Below are positions 10,799-20,651 of a DNA stretch of 64,000 nt, piece after piece. The notes beneath the pieces are model-generated. The model was not told the DNA's origin. It made no database searches and saw nothing but the letters and a program-made list of their open reading frames with translations. Position 1 is the first letter of the stretch; the number at the start of each line of letters is the position of its first letter. The translations under genes were made by a program, and so were the position numbers. Source of the DNA: an uncultured delta proteobacterium (GTDB lineage Bacteria; Desulfobacterota; Binatia; UBA9968); NCBI GenBank assembly GCA_963727625.1, contig CAVSHR010000005.1, positions 608,001-672,000 on the forward strand, read 5' to 3'.

Positions 10799-10950
10799 GA
10801 GTCAACGCCGAGTTTCTCCGGAGTCTGTTTGCAGCCACAAGTTTGGCGCGCTGCTGCCGGAGCACTGCCACGCGACCGTCCGGCGCCGCGATCCGTCCTC
10901 GGATTCGCTGCCCAGTCCGTTGGATGAGATCGATCGGATGCGCGGCGAGA

Positions 10951-11784
10951 TCACTTGGACCGGCTCAACCACCGCCGGTATAAGCTTTTCCAGCGCGGCG
11001 GGTCCGGCACGCGCCGCGCCATGATCAGCTTGACACGAAACTTGAGCGAAAGGTCGCCGCCTTGGGCGTCCACGGCTGCGCGCGCGATCCCCGCGAGCTC
11101 GCCCTGTTCGGAATCCGACAGGCTGCGAAAGCGGTTCAACGACCGAAGCAAACTTTCCAGCCCGGCTCCGTCGTAACTCCGCTCCACGGCGTACAGCCGC
11201 CTAGCGATCCGCCCGAAGCTGCCGCTTTCCTGAAACTGTTTCTCAAACGGCCATTTTTCTCCGGCTTGGACTTGGTCATGATCGCGTCTCAAGATTCGCT
11301 TCACAGGATCGGGCAGCGCCGACGACGTCGCGTCGGCAACGGCGTTGAAGACCGCCAGCGTACCGCCGGGACGCAGAATTTGGGCTGCCTTGATGAATCG
11401 AATCCGGCGCGGCACCCAGTGAAACGCCGTTGCCGAATAAACCAGATCAAATGGCGGCTCTTCCACGTGCCAGGCTTCAAACGCCTCGGTCACGATCTTG
11501 ACCCGGTCGTGGGCGCTCAACCGCTGTCTGGCGATCTCGGCCAAAGCGGGCGCGGGCTCGAGGCCCAAAAGCTCCAAGCCGCGCGCGGCAAAGGAGCCTG
11601 TCGCCTGGCCGGTGCCGCAGCCGATTTCCAGCGCTCTCGCTCCGGCCGGAGCTTCGGCATATGCCAGAACGTCATCAATCAGCTCGTCCGGATAACTCGG
11701 TCGGGCGCGATCGTAGACTTCGGCGACGGCATTGTAGTTGGTGCGAGGCTCGAAAAGCGCGAAGCGATTTGAAGCATTGTCCAT
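10951..11784 (-). CDS. Class I SAM-dependent methyltransferase
   Basis: YDRARPSYP, LEIGCGTGQAT, FDLVYSATAFHW, LRPGG; ATG at 11784 preferred. Confidence 0.9.
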   Translation of the reverse strand: MDNASNRFALFEPRTNYNAVAEVYDRARPSYPDELIDDVLAYAEAPAGARALEIGCGTGQATGSFAARGLELLGLEPAPALAEIARQRLSAHDRVKIVTEAFEAWHVEEPPFDLVYSATAFHWVPRRIRFIKAAQILRPGGTLAVFNAVADATSSALPDPVKRILRRDHDQVQAGEKWPFEKQFQESGSFGRIARRLYAVERSYDGAGLESLLRSLNRFRSLSDSEQGELAGIARAAVDAQGGDLSLKFRVKLIMARRVPDPPRWKSLYRRWLSRSK

Positions 11785-11931
11785 TTTTATGCTGTGGATT
11801 CTGGCCTCCGCTCTGATAGAAGTCAATTGTTTCCGGCACGAATTGGCCGGTCAGCGCTTCGCTCGCGAGATCACCGCTGGGTTCCGGAGGAGAAACCGGT
11901 TCAACAGCCTCGACCGGCCGCGAGAATCGCC

Positions 11932-12489
11932 ATGAATAACCCTTGCGACACGCCGAGCACACTCCACACCATCGGCCATTCGACGCGAAATTTTTCGTCC
12001 TTCGCTGAATTGCTGGCCGCCCATTCGATGCGCTTGGTGATCGACGTGCGGCGCTGGCCGGCGTCGCGCCGCTATCCCCACTTCAACCGCGAGCCTCTCG
12101 CCGCAGCGTTAAAAGAGAGCGGCATCGATTATCTCTGGCGCGGCGATCTGGGCGGCTTTCGCAAACCGCAACCCGGCTCACTCAACACGGGATGGCGGGT
12201 CGCAGCCTTCCGCGCCTATGGCGATTTCATGCTGACAGAGGCGTTCGAGCGCATCGCTAAGGAGATCGAAGCGCGCGCCGAACGGTCGCCCAGCGCGCTC
12301 ATGTGCGCGGAGGCGGTACCCTGGCGCTGCCACCGCCGGCTGCTCGCCGATGCGTTCCTGGTACGCGGCTGGACCGTGCGGCATATCATGGATGACGGAT
12401 GCCATGAACATGGGCTGACGGAATTCGCCGCAGTCGACGGGATTCGGATCGTTTACGAAAAGCGCCCTTCTTGCGGCGAAATCCGATGA
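11932..12489 (+). CDS. DUF488 family protein
   Basis: TIGHSTR, DVRRWP.SRR.PHFN, LGGFRK, LMCAEAVPWRCHRRL.AD. Confidence 0.9.
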   Translation: MNNPCDTPSTLHTIGHSTRNFSSFAELLAAHSMRLVIDVRRWPASRRYPHFNREPLAAALKESGIDYLWRGDLGGFRKPQPGSLNTGWRVAAFRAYGDFMLTEAFERIAKEIEARAERSPSALMCAEAVPWRCHRRLLADAFLVRGWTVRHIMDDGCHEHGLTEFAAVDGIRIVYEKRPSCGEIR

Positions 12490-12743
12490 ACCGCCGCTTC
12501 GCATTCGTATTGCGCTCGAATTCAGTCTGAACGGTGTCCTCTTTCCATCCACGGCAGAGAGCCACGATCAGGCACGGGACATCCGAACCTCTGCGCAGGA
12601 TCGTGCCGCTCCGCTCGTCGATGATCTTGGAGTCGAGTCGCTTGCCCTGGAAAGCGCGAAAGTATATGAATCTTACTTGCGCGAGGCTCCCGAACTCGCT
12701 CGATAGTGGCCCCGCCCGGCGTAACGGGCGAACCAAATTCCCT

Positions 12744-13001
12744 ATGGCAGCCGCAGATATTCGCAATAAGATCGAGACCATCCTGCGCAAGACCAATCAG
12801 ATCAAGCCAAAAGATCCGGTGCCCGAGAGACTCGTGCTGTTCACTCAGGAGGGCTCGGCGGATTCGGTGACGGCTTTGAAAGTGATCATGCAGATCGAAG
12901 AGACCTTCGGCATTACCGTCGAAGACGACGAAATCCTGCCGCAAAATTTTGAAACCCTGTCGGGCCTGGTTCGGTTCATAGAGAAAAAGCTCGACGGCTA
13001 G
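12744..13001 (+). CDS. Acyl/aminoacyl carrier protein (DltC/AlmF-like)
   Basis: 85 aa, acidic; ADSV motif; IEETFGITVEDDEILPQNFETL. Confidence 0.85.
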   Translation: MAAADIRNKIETILRKTNQIKPKDPVPERLVLFTQEGSADSVTALKVIMQIEETFGITVEDDEILPQNFETLSGLVRFIEKKLDG

Positions 13002-13268
13002 TGAATGCGGGCTTCGTCCGCAAGCAAAACTCGCGGTCTTCACTGGCGAAGGCTGTTCGCGCTGCGGGCGGTTTAGCATCATGATATTTCGCCCGTGGGG
13101 ATGCGGCCGAAAAGCCCCTTGATCTTCGATTCGAGAATACCGGGCGACCGATAGAGCTAATTTTCCGGCAAGCGAACGCTCCGGACCGTTACCATCGCCG
13201 GGACCCGAACGGCGCCGTCAGTCCGGTTTCGGCCGCGCCGACGATGTTCCCAAGGCAAAGCGATTGCT

Positions 13269-14726
13269 ATGTTGTATCGAGCGCTGGAAAGTACCGCGAG
13301 GAAATATCCCGACAAGCTGGCCGTCGTCGGTCCACACCGAAAATATACCTTCTCAGAACTGTTGCAGCAGGTTCGCAGCGTCGCGCTCTATCTCCAGAAA
13401 CAGGGCTTCGGACCGGGCGACCATCTGGTCATGGGGATTCCCCCCAGTCCGGAGTTCTACCTGGTCTTTTTCGCCGCGGCGGCGCTAGGAATGACCACCA
13501 TCCCGGCGCCCCCCTCCGGCAAGCTTCCGTCGGCGGTCAGACCCTTCGAGCCTCTCCTGCTCGCGGGCAGCGAAGAGTTCATCTCGAACGTCTTAGCGAG
13601 CGGGATCGGCTGCAAACATAAGATCCTGTGGGAAGCGAAGCGGGGATTGGCGATTTCTCCGCCGAAAGGCCGCTTCCTGCGAAAAAAGTTTTTCAAGCAG
13701 CGGCCAGTCCTCGGCACCTTCTCTTCCGGCACCACCGGCGAGCCGGTGATTTTTGAGCGCACCGCACAGTATCTGTTCCAGCGCGCCCACCTAGGCGCGG
13801 CTGCCTGGCGCATTACGCCGGACGACACGCTGCTCGCGACCGGTCCGTTTACCAGCGGTCTCAACACCACCAATCATCTGGTTCTACCCATGGTGCAGGG
13901 AACCAAGGTGGTGGTGCTGGAGAACTTCCACCGCCGCCAGGTCGTCGACGCCATTGCCCGCGAGCGCGTCACCGTGCTGTTCGTCGTGCCGATGGTCTTC
14001 GATGTGCTGGCACGGCTCCCAGCCGGTTACGACGCGGACTTTTCCTCCTTGCGCTGCTGCATCGCGGGCGGCACTCACCTGCCGAAGGAGATCGCCGAGC
14101 GCGTTTATCGGCGCTTCGGCCTGCGCATCGCTCAGGGCTACGGCGGCGCCCACTTCACGCCCGCGTTCACGGTCAATCTCGACGGCGTGCCCGGCTCCGT
14201 CGGCCGCGCCGACGGCCTGTTTCCGGTGAAAATCGTCAACGACCATGGAAAAGCCGTCGCGCCGAGCGGCGTGGGCGAGATCGTTTTCGATCTCGGCAAG
14301 CTCAAGATCGCCTGGGCCATGGCGGTTCTACAAAAAAATCCCAATCGGAAGGGCGGTTTTGTTTTTACGGGCGATTTGGGCCGGCTCGACGACGACGGCA
14401 ATCTATACATCGTCGGCCGCAAAGCGCTGCTCATCAAAGTGGGCGCCAACCGCGTCGCCCCCGCGGAAGTCGAGGACGCGCTGCGCACCCATCCCCATGT
14501 TCAAGACGCCATCGTATTCGCGGTTCGACCGGGACAGACCGACGAAGCGGTGGGTGCCGTGGTGGTGCCGGCCCGTCCGGTCACCGCCGGGGAGCTGATC
14601 GCGCATTGCGCTCGACGGCTCGACCCCTACAAATGCCCGCAGACCATTTCGTTTCGAAAATCGCTGCCGCGAAACGCCCACGGCAAAGTGATTCGCCGTC
14701 TCCCTCGACGCTCGACGGGGGGCTAG
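13269..14726 (+). CDS. Class I adenylate-forming enzyme, module copy 3 (intact)
   Basis: SSGTTGEP, FTGDLG, GRK..LIKVG, EVEDAL..HP, LPRNAHGKV. Confidence 0.88.
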   Translation: MLYRALESTARKYPDKLAVVGPHRKYTFSELLQQVRSVALYLQKQGFGPGDHLVMGIPPSPEFYLVFFAAAALGMTTIPAPPSGKLPSAVRPFEPLLLAGSEEFISNVLASGIGCKHKILWEAKRGLAISPPKGRFLRKKFFKQRPVLGTFSSGTTGEPVIFERTAQYLFQRAHLGAAAWRITPDDTLLATGPFTSGLNTTNHLVLPMVQGTKVVVLENFHRRQVVDAIARERVTVLFVVPMVFDVLARLPAGYDADFSSLRCCIAGGTHLPKEIAERVYRRFGLRIAQGYGGAHFTPAFTVNLDGVPGSVGRADGLFPVKIVNDHGKAVAPSGVGEIVFDLGKLKIAWAMAVLQKNPNRKGGFVFTGDLGRLDDDGNLYIVGRKALLIKVGANRVAPAEVEDALRTHPHVQDAIVFAVRPGQTDEAVGAVVVPARPVTAGELIAHCARRLDPYKCPQTISFRKSLPRNAHGKVIRRLPRRSTGG

Positions 14727-14791
14727 AGCAATGGTGCGCATCGACAGCGGCCGCGTTTACTTGCGCGCGAAACTTTAGTAGTTTGATCGCC

Positions 14792-15220
14792 ATGAAAGCC
14801 GTCGCTTTCCTCCTGACCGCGTCGCAATTTTCTTTGGGATTCTGCCGGCCGGCGCTCAGCCGAACCGCTCGAGCGGCGATCCCGGGATATTCCTATGTCA
14901 TCGCGTCGGCGGCGGCCAAGCACCTGGGCTATTATCGCGAATACAATCTTGACGTCGAGCTGGTCCGCATTTCGGTCGGACTGGGAGTCAAGGCGCTGGT
15001 GACCGGGGATGTCGAATTCGCAGCCATGGGCTCGGGACTTTTCTCCGCCATTCTCGGCGGCGCCCCCGTGCGAATTATCATGAGCTCGTTTCACCAGCCG
15101 CTTTTTCTGCTCTACGGCAAACCCGAATTGAAGACGCTGGCGGAGCTCAAACAGAAAAAAGTCGGCGTCCCGGCTCTGGGCACCACCGGCGGCTCACCGA
15201 GTGTTAGGTCGAAGGCCTGA
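14792..15220 (+). pseudogene. Truncated NMT1-type binding protein, paralog of 8345
   Basis: AIPGYSYVIA...VEFAAMGSGLFSAILGG...KVGVPALGTTG is near-identical to 8345, then homology stops abruptly near 15190. Confidence 0.85.
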
Positions 15221-15302
15221 TATAGACGGCGCCGCGAACGGCGAGCGCCGACGGCTGGATCCATTCAGCGCCCGTTCCCTTGATCTCTTTGGGCGTGAAA
15301 CA

Positions 15303-16181
15303 ATGAAATTTTCGCTCTATCCGCTTCTCTTCCGCGCTCCTGCGGTTCAACGCCTGAGCCGGAAGATGCCTCCGGAAACCCTGCTGGCGCTCTGTCGTTT
15401 TACAACGGGTTTCTCGCGCCGCTTCAATCCGCACACGCAGCGATACCTGGGGCCGCTGCTCAGCGTCATCGAGCCCCACGTCGACAGCGTCCGCGCGCGC
15501 GAAATCGCGGCTAACTTTCTGGCCTACCGCCGATACGCCGACCATCTTCCCCACCTCTGGGAGGAGCAATCCCGGCGCGGGCGAAAGTTCTTCGCCATCG
15601 AAGGCGAAGAACATATCAAAAACGCGCGGGCCGATGGAAAAGGAGCGATCATCCTCTGCAGCCACCTCTTCGGCATCAATCGCTTGATTCCTGCCGTCAT
15701 CGCGGCGTTCGGTTATCCGATCTGGCGCGTCGGCGGTTGGGACGAAGAGGCCATGACGCAGCTTTGGGGCGATCACGACCAGCGGCCGTGGAAGAAAATT
15801 TTTCTCACCAAGGATCGTTGGAAACGGCTCCGCGCCGCCAAACAAGTTGCCGCAGCGCTCAAAGACAACGGCTTGGTTCTCATGTCGATGTCGAACCGCC
15901 CCACCGGCAGCCCGGACGCGGAGGTCTGCGCGTTCGGAAAGAAATTTTACGCCGACCCGGCGCTGCTGCCGCTTTTCGAGCATCTCGATACGGCGGTGCT
16001 TCCCTGCTTCGGGCTCTGCGATGAGCGCGGCCGCCTACGTATCATCGTTCATGCGCCGCTCCGCGGCTCGGACGAAGAGATTCTGCGGGCCTATTGCCGG
16101 CTCTTTTCCGAGTATCTGTTTAAGTACCCCGAATTCTGCCACTTCTGGAAGCCCCTGGTGCAGCAGAGAGCCAAGTGGTGA
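15303..16181 (+). CDS. LpxL-like acyltransferase, copy 3 (intact)
   Basis: IEGEEHIKNARADGKGAIILCSH, AFGKKF, AVLPCF, YPEFCHFWK; start MKFS as in the paralogs. Confidence 0.8.
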   Translation: MKFSLYPLLFRAPAVQRLSRKMPPETLLALCRFTTGFSRRFNPHTQRYLGPLLSVIEPHVDSVRAREIAANFLAYRRYADHLPHLWEEQSRRGRKFFAIEGEEHIKNARADGKGAIILCSHLFGINRLIPAVIAAFGYPIWRVGGWDEEAMTQLWGDHDQRPWKKIFLTKDRWKRLRAAKQVAAALKDNGLVLMSMSNRPTGSPDAEVCAFGKKFYADPALLPLFEHLDTAVLPCFGLCDERGRLRIIVHAPLRGSDEEILRAYCRLFSEYLFKYPEFCHFWKPLVQQRAKW

Positions 16182-16265
16182 GCGGATTGGCAACTACGGG
16201 TGTCCGAAGCTCGGAACCCAGCTGGCCTCTTCGGCGACCGGACGCGTTCTAGATAAGAAGGAGCT

Positions 16266-17848
16266 TTATTTCGTCGGCTGCGCGGCGCGGTCATAGACGC
16301 GGCCGCCCGACTGCCGGCTTTCGTCGCGCAGGATATTTTTCTGCACTTTTGAGCTCGGTGTCTTGGGCAACTCCGCGCGGTATTCGATGTAGCGCGGCAC
16401 TTTGAAAGCCGCGAGGTGAAGTTTGCAGAAGTTCCAGATCTCTTTGGGCGGGACGGTTTCCGGCGTCGCCGGCGGTTTTAAGACAATATAAACTTTCACC
16501 TCTTCGCCGCGGATCTGATCGGGTACCGCGATCACCGCTGACTCGGCAACCTGCCGATGGGAGTTGAGCACGCGCTCCACTTCTTCCGACGAAATATTTT
16601 CATCGCCGCGCCGAACCATGTCTTTAACACGGTCGACGAAATAGAGGTATCCGTCCTCGTCGAGGTAGCCGAGATCGCCGGTGTAAAGCCAGCCGTTCTT
16701 TAAAGCTTTTGCGGTCGCTTCCGGGATTTTTGTAATAACCTCTTCATCACCGTCGGACTTTGTTTGACGATCTCGCCGGCTTCTCCCGGCGCGAGCCCGC
16801 GACCGGTTTCATCATGAATCGCAACCCGATGAACCTCCGGCGCCAGCGGCACACCGCAGCTGCCGAGCTTTTCTTTGGGCATATTTTGCGGTCCGATCAG
16901 ACTCAAAATATCTTCGGTCAAACTGTATGACGGCACCCCTTTGACACCGAATCTCTCTTCGAAGCGCAAGTGCATCTCCGGCGACAACAGGGTCACGATC
17001 AGACGCAACGGATTGTCGCGATCATCGGGCTTTTCCGGCAGGCTTAACAGGATCTGCGGGATCGTACGCATCAAGCTCGAAGTCGTGATGCCGTGCTCGC
17101 GCACGTCGTCCCAGAAGCGCGACGCACTGAATTTTTCCACGAGCACGATGCTGCCGCCGACCGAGAGCATGGCGATGCAGGTGTGGCAAAGCGCGTTGAC
17201 GTGAAACAGCGGCAGTACGCAGAGTACCCTGTCTGTTTCATTCCAGCCCAAACCCTGCGCGCGCATGCGCGGCGCAAATGCGTAAGCGTACTGCGACAAC
17301 ATCACGCCCTTGGGCCGATCCGTGGTACCGCTGGTGTATGTGATCGAAGCGAGACCCTCGGGATCGATCGAGATGTCGGCTGAAGCCTCGGCACCCCCTG
17401 CCAACAATTTGTCCCACGATAGCGCGCTCGATGGTTCGCCCGGCGCCGTGACGATGACTTGTTTGAGATCCGGCAGTTTCGCGCGCACCGAATCGAGCAA
17501 CGGCAAAAGCTCCGGCGACGTAAGCACGATCGAAGCCTCCGAGTGGTGCAAAACATACTCGGCTTCCTCGGCTGTGTACTGAGGATTGAGCGGCACGAAT
17601 ACCGCGCCGATCTGGGTCACTGCGAAGGTCGCGAAGAGAAACTCAGCCGAGTTGGGCAGCAAAAACGCGATCCGGTCGCCTTTCTTGACGCCGAGCCCAA
17701 GAAAAGCCTTGGCGACGTGGTCAACCTCACGCTGGAAATCGGTGTAAGTCCAGCGGCGATCCTTAAAGATCAGCGCCAATTTGTCCGGATGTTGTTTTAC
17801 ACGACCGCCGAGCAATTCCGTCAATGTTGCGGGGGATGAATGTTCCAT
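16266..17848 (-). CDS. CaiC-like acyl-CoA ligase, interrupted by two +1 insertions near 16720-16742 (sequencing error or pseudogene)
   Basis: YTSGTTDRPKGV, LPLFHVNA, YSLTE. Removing two bases restores [25 protein letters not shown], which joins ORFs 16700..17848 and 16266..16619. Confidence 0.85.
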
Positions 17849-17850
17849 GG

Positions 17851-19200
17851 CTACCGAAGCCTCTTCGCTTTCTCCAAAACCTCGTCGATAAAATCTTCGG
17901 TGGCGCCGAGATAGTTTTCCGGGCGCGCCAGCGCCTGCCAGTCGATTTCATCCTTCTTGACCGAGCCGCCGGCCATTTTTTTCACGACATCAATCAGCGG
18001 CTTATTTTCCGATACGGCAATAGCACACGCTTTTTTGACCAGCTCTTCGGCTTCGGGCCGCGCCAGCGCTTTCGCCAAAACAAAAACGGCTGCTTCGGCC
18101 AGACTGACATCGTTGGCGCGTGCGATATTGGCCGCCATCGCTTGGGCATCCACTTGCAGATTCTTCGCCAGATCAGCGCCATGCTTCAGCGCGCCGCCGG
18201 TGAGCAAAAGCATTTGTGGCAGCGTCAGCCACTCCACCTGCCAGCCATGCGTCGCTCGCTCGTGTTCCTGGACCTGCGCGTGATGCATGGCTGAGAGCAG
18301 CGACGCATTGCCGCGCGCCGCGGCCAGGATCAACTCGCTGGTGATTGGATTACTCTTCTGCGGCATGGTGCTGCTACCGCCGCGCCCCTGCTCCGCAGAC
18401 TCGCCGACTTCCCCGACTTCAGTCTGCGCCAGCAATATGATATCCTGCGCCATCTTGCCGAGCGAGCCGGTAACAAGACTCAGCCAGCCGGCGAATTCGA
18501 CGATGGAATCCCTTTGCGAGTGCCAGGGCATCGCCGGCAGATTGAGTCCGAGCTCTTTGGCCAGCGCTCCCGCCACCGCCAGCCCTTTGTCGTTTAGCGC
18601 AGCCAGAGTACCAGCCGCGCCACCGAACTGAACGACGAATAACCGCTGTTGCAATTCCTGCAACCGCTCAACATGGCGCAGCAGCGGCGCGAGCCACCCG
18701 GCAACCTTCAAACCGAACGTGATCGGCAACGCTTGTTGCCCATGGGTTCGCCCGGCCAGCACCGTGAGGCGATGGCGCTGCGCGAGGGCGGCTAAATGGC
18801 GCGCGGTCTCGGCGAGCCTAGCCTTGAATACGGAAACCGCAGCGCGCAATTGCAGAACGTTGGCGGTATCCACGATGTCCTGCGTCGTCGCGCCCCAGTG
18901 CACATACGGCGCGCTCTCTGGCGCCACCTGTCGCCGCAGCTCTTGAACCAGAGCGATAACCGGAAAACCGGAGCGAACCGTTCCCTTGGTCAGCGCAGTG
19001 ATGTCAACCTTTCCGGCTTCCACGTTGGCGATCTGTTCCGCCGCACTCGCCGGAATCACACCGACCCGAGCTTCAACACGGGCCAACGCAACTTCCACTT
19101 CGACCAGCGCGCGCACGAACGCCTGGTCAGTCAATAGGGAGGTTATCTCGTCGTCGGTAAAAAGCGGACCGAGGATAGCAGAATCGAGTGGAGTGGCCAT
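17851..19200 (-). CDS. pcaB: 3-carboxy-cis,cis-muconate cycloisomerase
   Basis: VHWGATTQD, GRTHGQQALPITFG, GGSSTMPQKSNP, QEHER; pca context. Confidence 0.92.
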   Translation of the reverse strand: MATPLDSAILGPLFTDDEITSLLTDQAFVRALVEVEVALARVEARVGVIPASAAEQIANVEAGKVDITALTKGTVRSGFPVIALVQELRRQVAPESAPYVHWGATTQDIVDTANVLQLRAAVSVFKARLAETARHLAALAQRHRLTVLAGRTHGQQALPITFGLKVAGWLAPLLRHVERLQELQQRLFVVQFGGAAGTLAALNDKGLAVAGALAKELGLNLPAMPWHSQRDSIVEFAGWLSLVTGSLGKMAQDIILLAQTEVGEVGESAEQGRGGSSTMPQKSNPITSELILAAARGNASLLSAMHHAQVQEHERATHGWQVEWLTLPQMLLLTGGALKHGADLAKNLQVDAQAMAANIARANDVSLAEAAVFVLAKALARPEAEELVKKACAIAVSENKPLIDVVKKMAGGSVKKDEIDWQALARPENYLGATEDFIDEVLEKAKRLR

Positions 19201-19349
19201 TGGATTTATCCGCGGAGAACCCTTAAAGCGGATCCCTTACTTCGTTCAGAATGACGGATCGAGCGTTGTCAAAATGAGCTCCGCGGAAGCGGTCCAAATG
19301 AGCCGACGTACACGCTTTCCAATACTCCAACACTTTAATCCTCACCCTG

Positions 19350-19922
19350 TCACATATCGAAAAACACCGTTTCGTTTTCTCCTTGCAGGCGAATGTCGAA
19401 GTGATAAACGGTCTTGCCATTCTCCGTACCAGGTAACGCCATCAGAGTCTGGCGCCGCTTCTTGTTTTTGATCGAATTCAGCACCGCATCGTTGGCGTTG
19501 GTCGGCTCGTCGGCGAAGTAAATCCGCGTGTAGGCATGCACCAGCATGCCGCGCGCGAATACGCAGACGTTGATGTGCGGTGCCTGCACGGTATCTTCCG
19601 TGCCAGGCACCGGTCCCGGCTTGATGGTTTCAAAGCTGTAAAAACAGTTTTCATCCGTGCCGGAGCGGCCCCAACCCTTGAAGGTCTCATCCAACGGCTT
19701 CTCTTGTTTATCGTCGGGGTGATTGTAGCGGCCGTAGGAGTTGGCCTGCCAGATTTCTACCATGACGTCGGGAATCGCCACGCCTTCGCCGTCGAAGACC
19801 TGCCCTTCGATGCGAATGCGCTGCCCCTGGGTGGAATCCGTGGCCATCACGTTCATCGGTTTGCGTGTCAGGCCGATGGCGTAAAACGGACCGACGGTTT
19901 GCGAAGGAGTTTCTTTTTTCAT
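19350..19922 (-). CDS. pcaG: Protocatechuate 3,4-dioxygenase alpha subunit
   Basis: MKKETPSQTVGPFY, EIWQAN, QAPHINV.VFARG, FDIRLQGENETVFFD; true start 19922. Confidence 0.93.
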   Translation of the reverse strand: MKKETPSQTVGPFYAIGLTRKPMNVMATDSTQGQRIRIEGQVFDGEGVAIPDVMVEIWQANSYGRYNHPDDKQEKPLDETFKGWGRSGTDENCFYSFETIKPGPVPGTEDTVQAPHINVCVFARGMLVHAYTRIYFADEPTNANDAVLNSIKNKKRRQTLMALPGTENGKTVYHFDIRLQGENETVFFDM

Positions 19923-20633
19923 CGCGGCTCCTCGAACGGTGTGGCCTTGCGCCCGCGCAGGACGATGTCGAAGCGGTAACCGAGCGCGAACTGGGGTTCG
20001 CTCACGTCGTGGGCGTAGCTCGACATCAACCGCTCGCGCCCGCTTTTGGTCGGAACCGAGTTGAAAATAGGATCGAGCGGAATCAGCGGGTCGCCGGGGA
20101 AGTAGAATTGCGTCACCAAGCGCGTCACGAAGGCCGGACCGAATATCGACAGATGAATGTGCGCCGGCCGCCAGGCGTTCGGATGATTCAGCCAAGGGTA
20201 CGGACCGGGTTTGATGGTGAGATAGCGATACTCGCCTTTATCATTGGTGACGCAGCGCCCCGCGCCGATGAAGTTCGGATCGAGCGGGGCGTTGTGTTGA
20301 TCCACCGGATGGTGGTAGCGCCCCGCGGCGTTGGCCTGCCAGATCTCGATCAGAGTGTTCGGCACCGGCCGCTCGTCCTCATCCATCACTTTGCCGATCA
20401 CGATGATGCGCTCTCCCAACGCCTCCTTGCCGGTCGCGGGATGGCGCGTGAGATCGTTTTCTCCCGGTTCAAGTTTGATGTCGCTGAACAATGGGCCCGG
20501 TGACTTCCGACAGGGTTTGCGTGATCCGCGCCAGTCGTTTGAGCGGCCCGCGTTTCACCGACGAGCCGTAGGCTTTAAAGCTATACGGCGGATGCGACCT
20601 CCAGTCGCGCGGACTATATTCCGGGATCTTCAT
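19919..20633 (-). CDS. pcaH: Protocatechuate 3,4-dioxygenase beta subunit with a +1 frameshift near 20492
   Basis: MKIPEYSPRDWRSHPPY...TLSEVTGP in one frame, then LFSD...EIWQANAAGRY.H...PGPYPW.NH.NAWRPAHIH in the next. Confidence 0.9.
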
Positions 20634-20651
20634 GATTGGGCACCTCTACGA

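Noticed and set aside
3749-16181. Interpretation as an NRPS/PKS secondary-metabolite cluster
   Set aside because: No condensation, ketosynthase or thioesterase domains; the acceptor enzyme is LpxL-like
19350-20195. 281-aa ORF suggesting an N-terminally extended PcaG
   Set aside because: The extension overlaps pcaH in another frame; the real pcaG starts at 19922 (MKKETPSQT)
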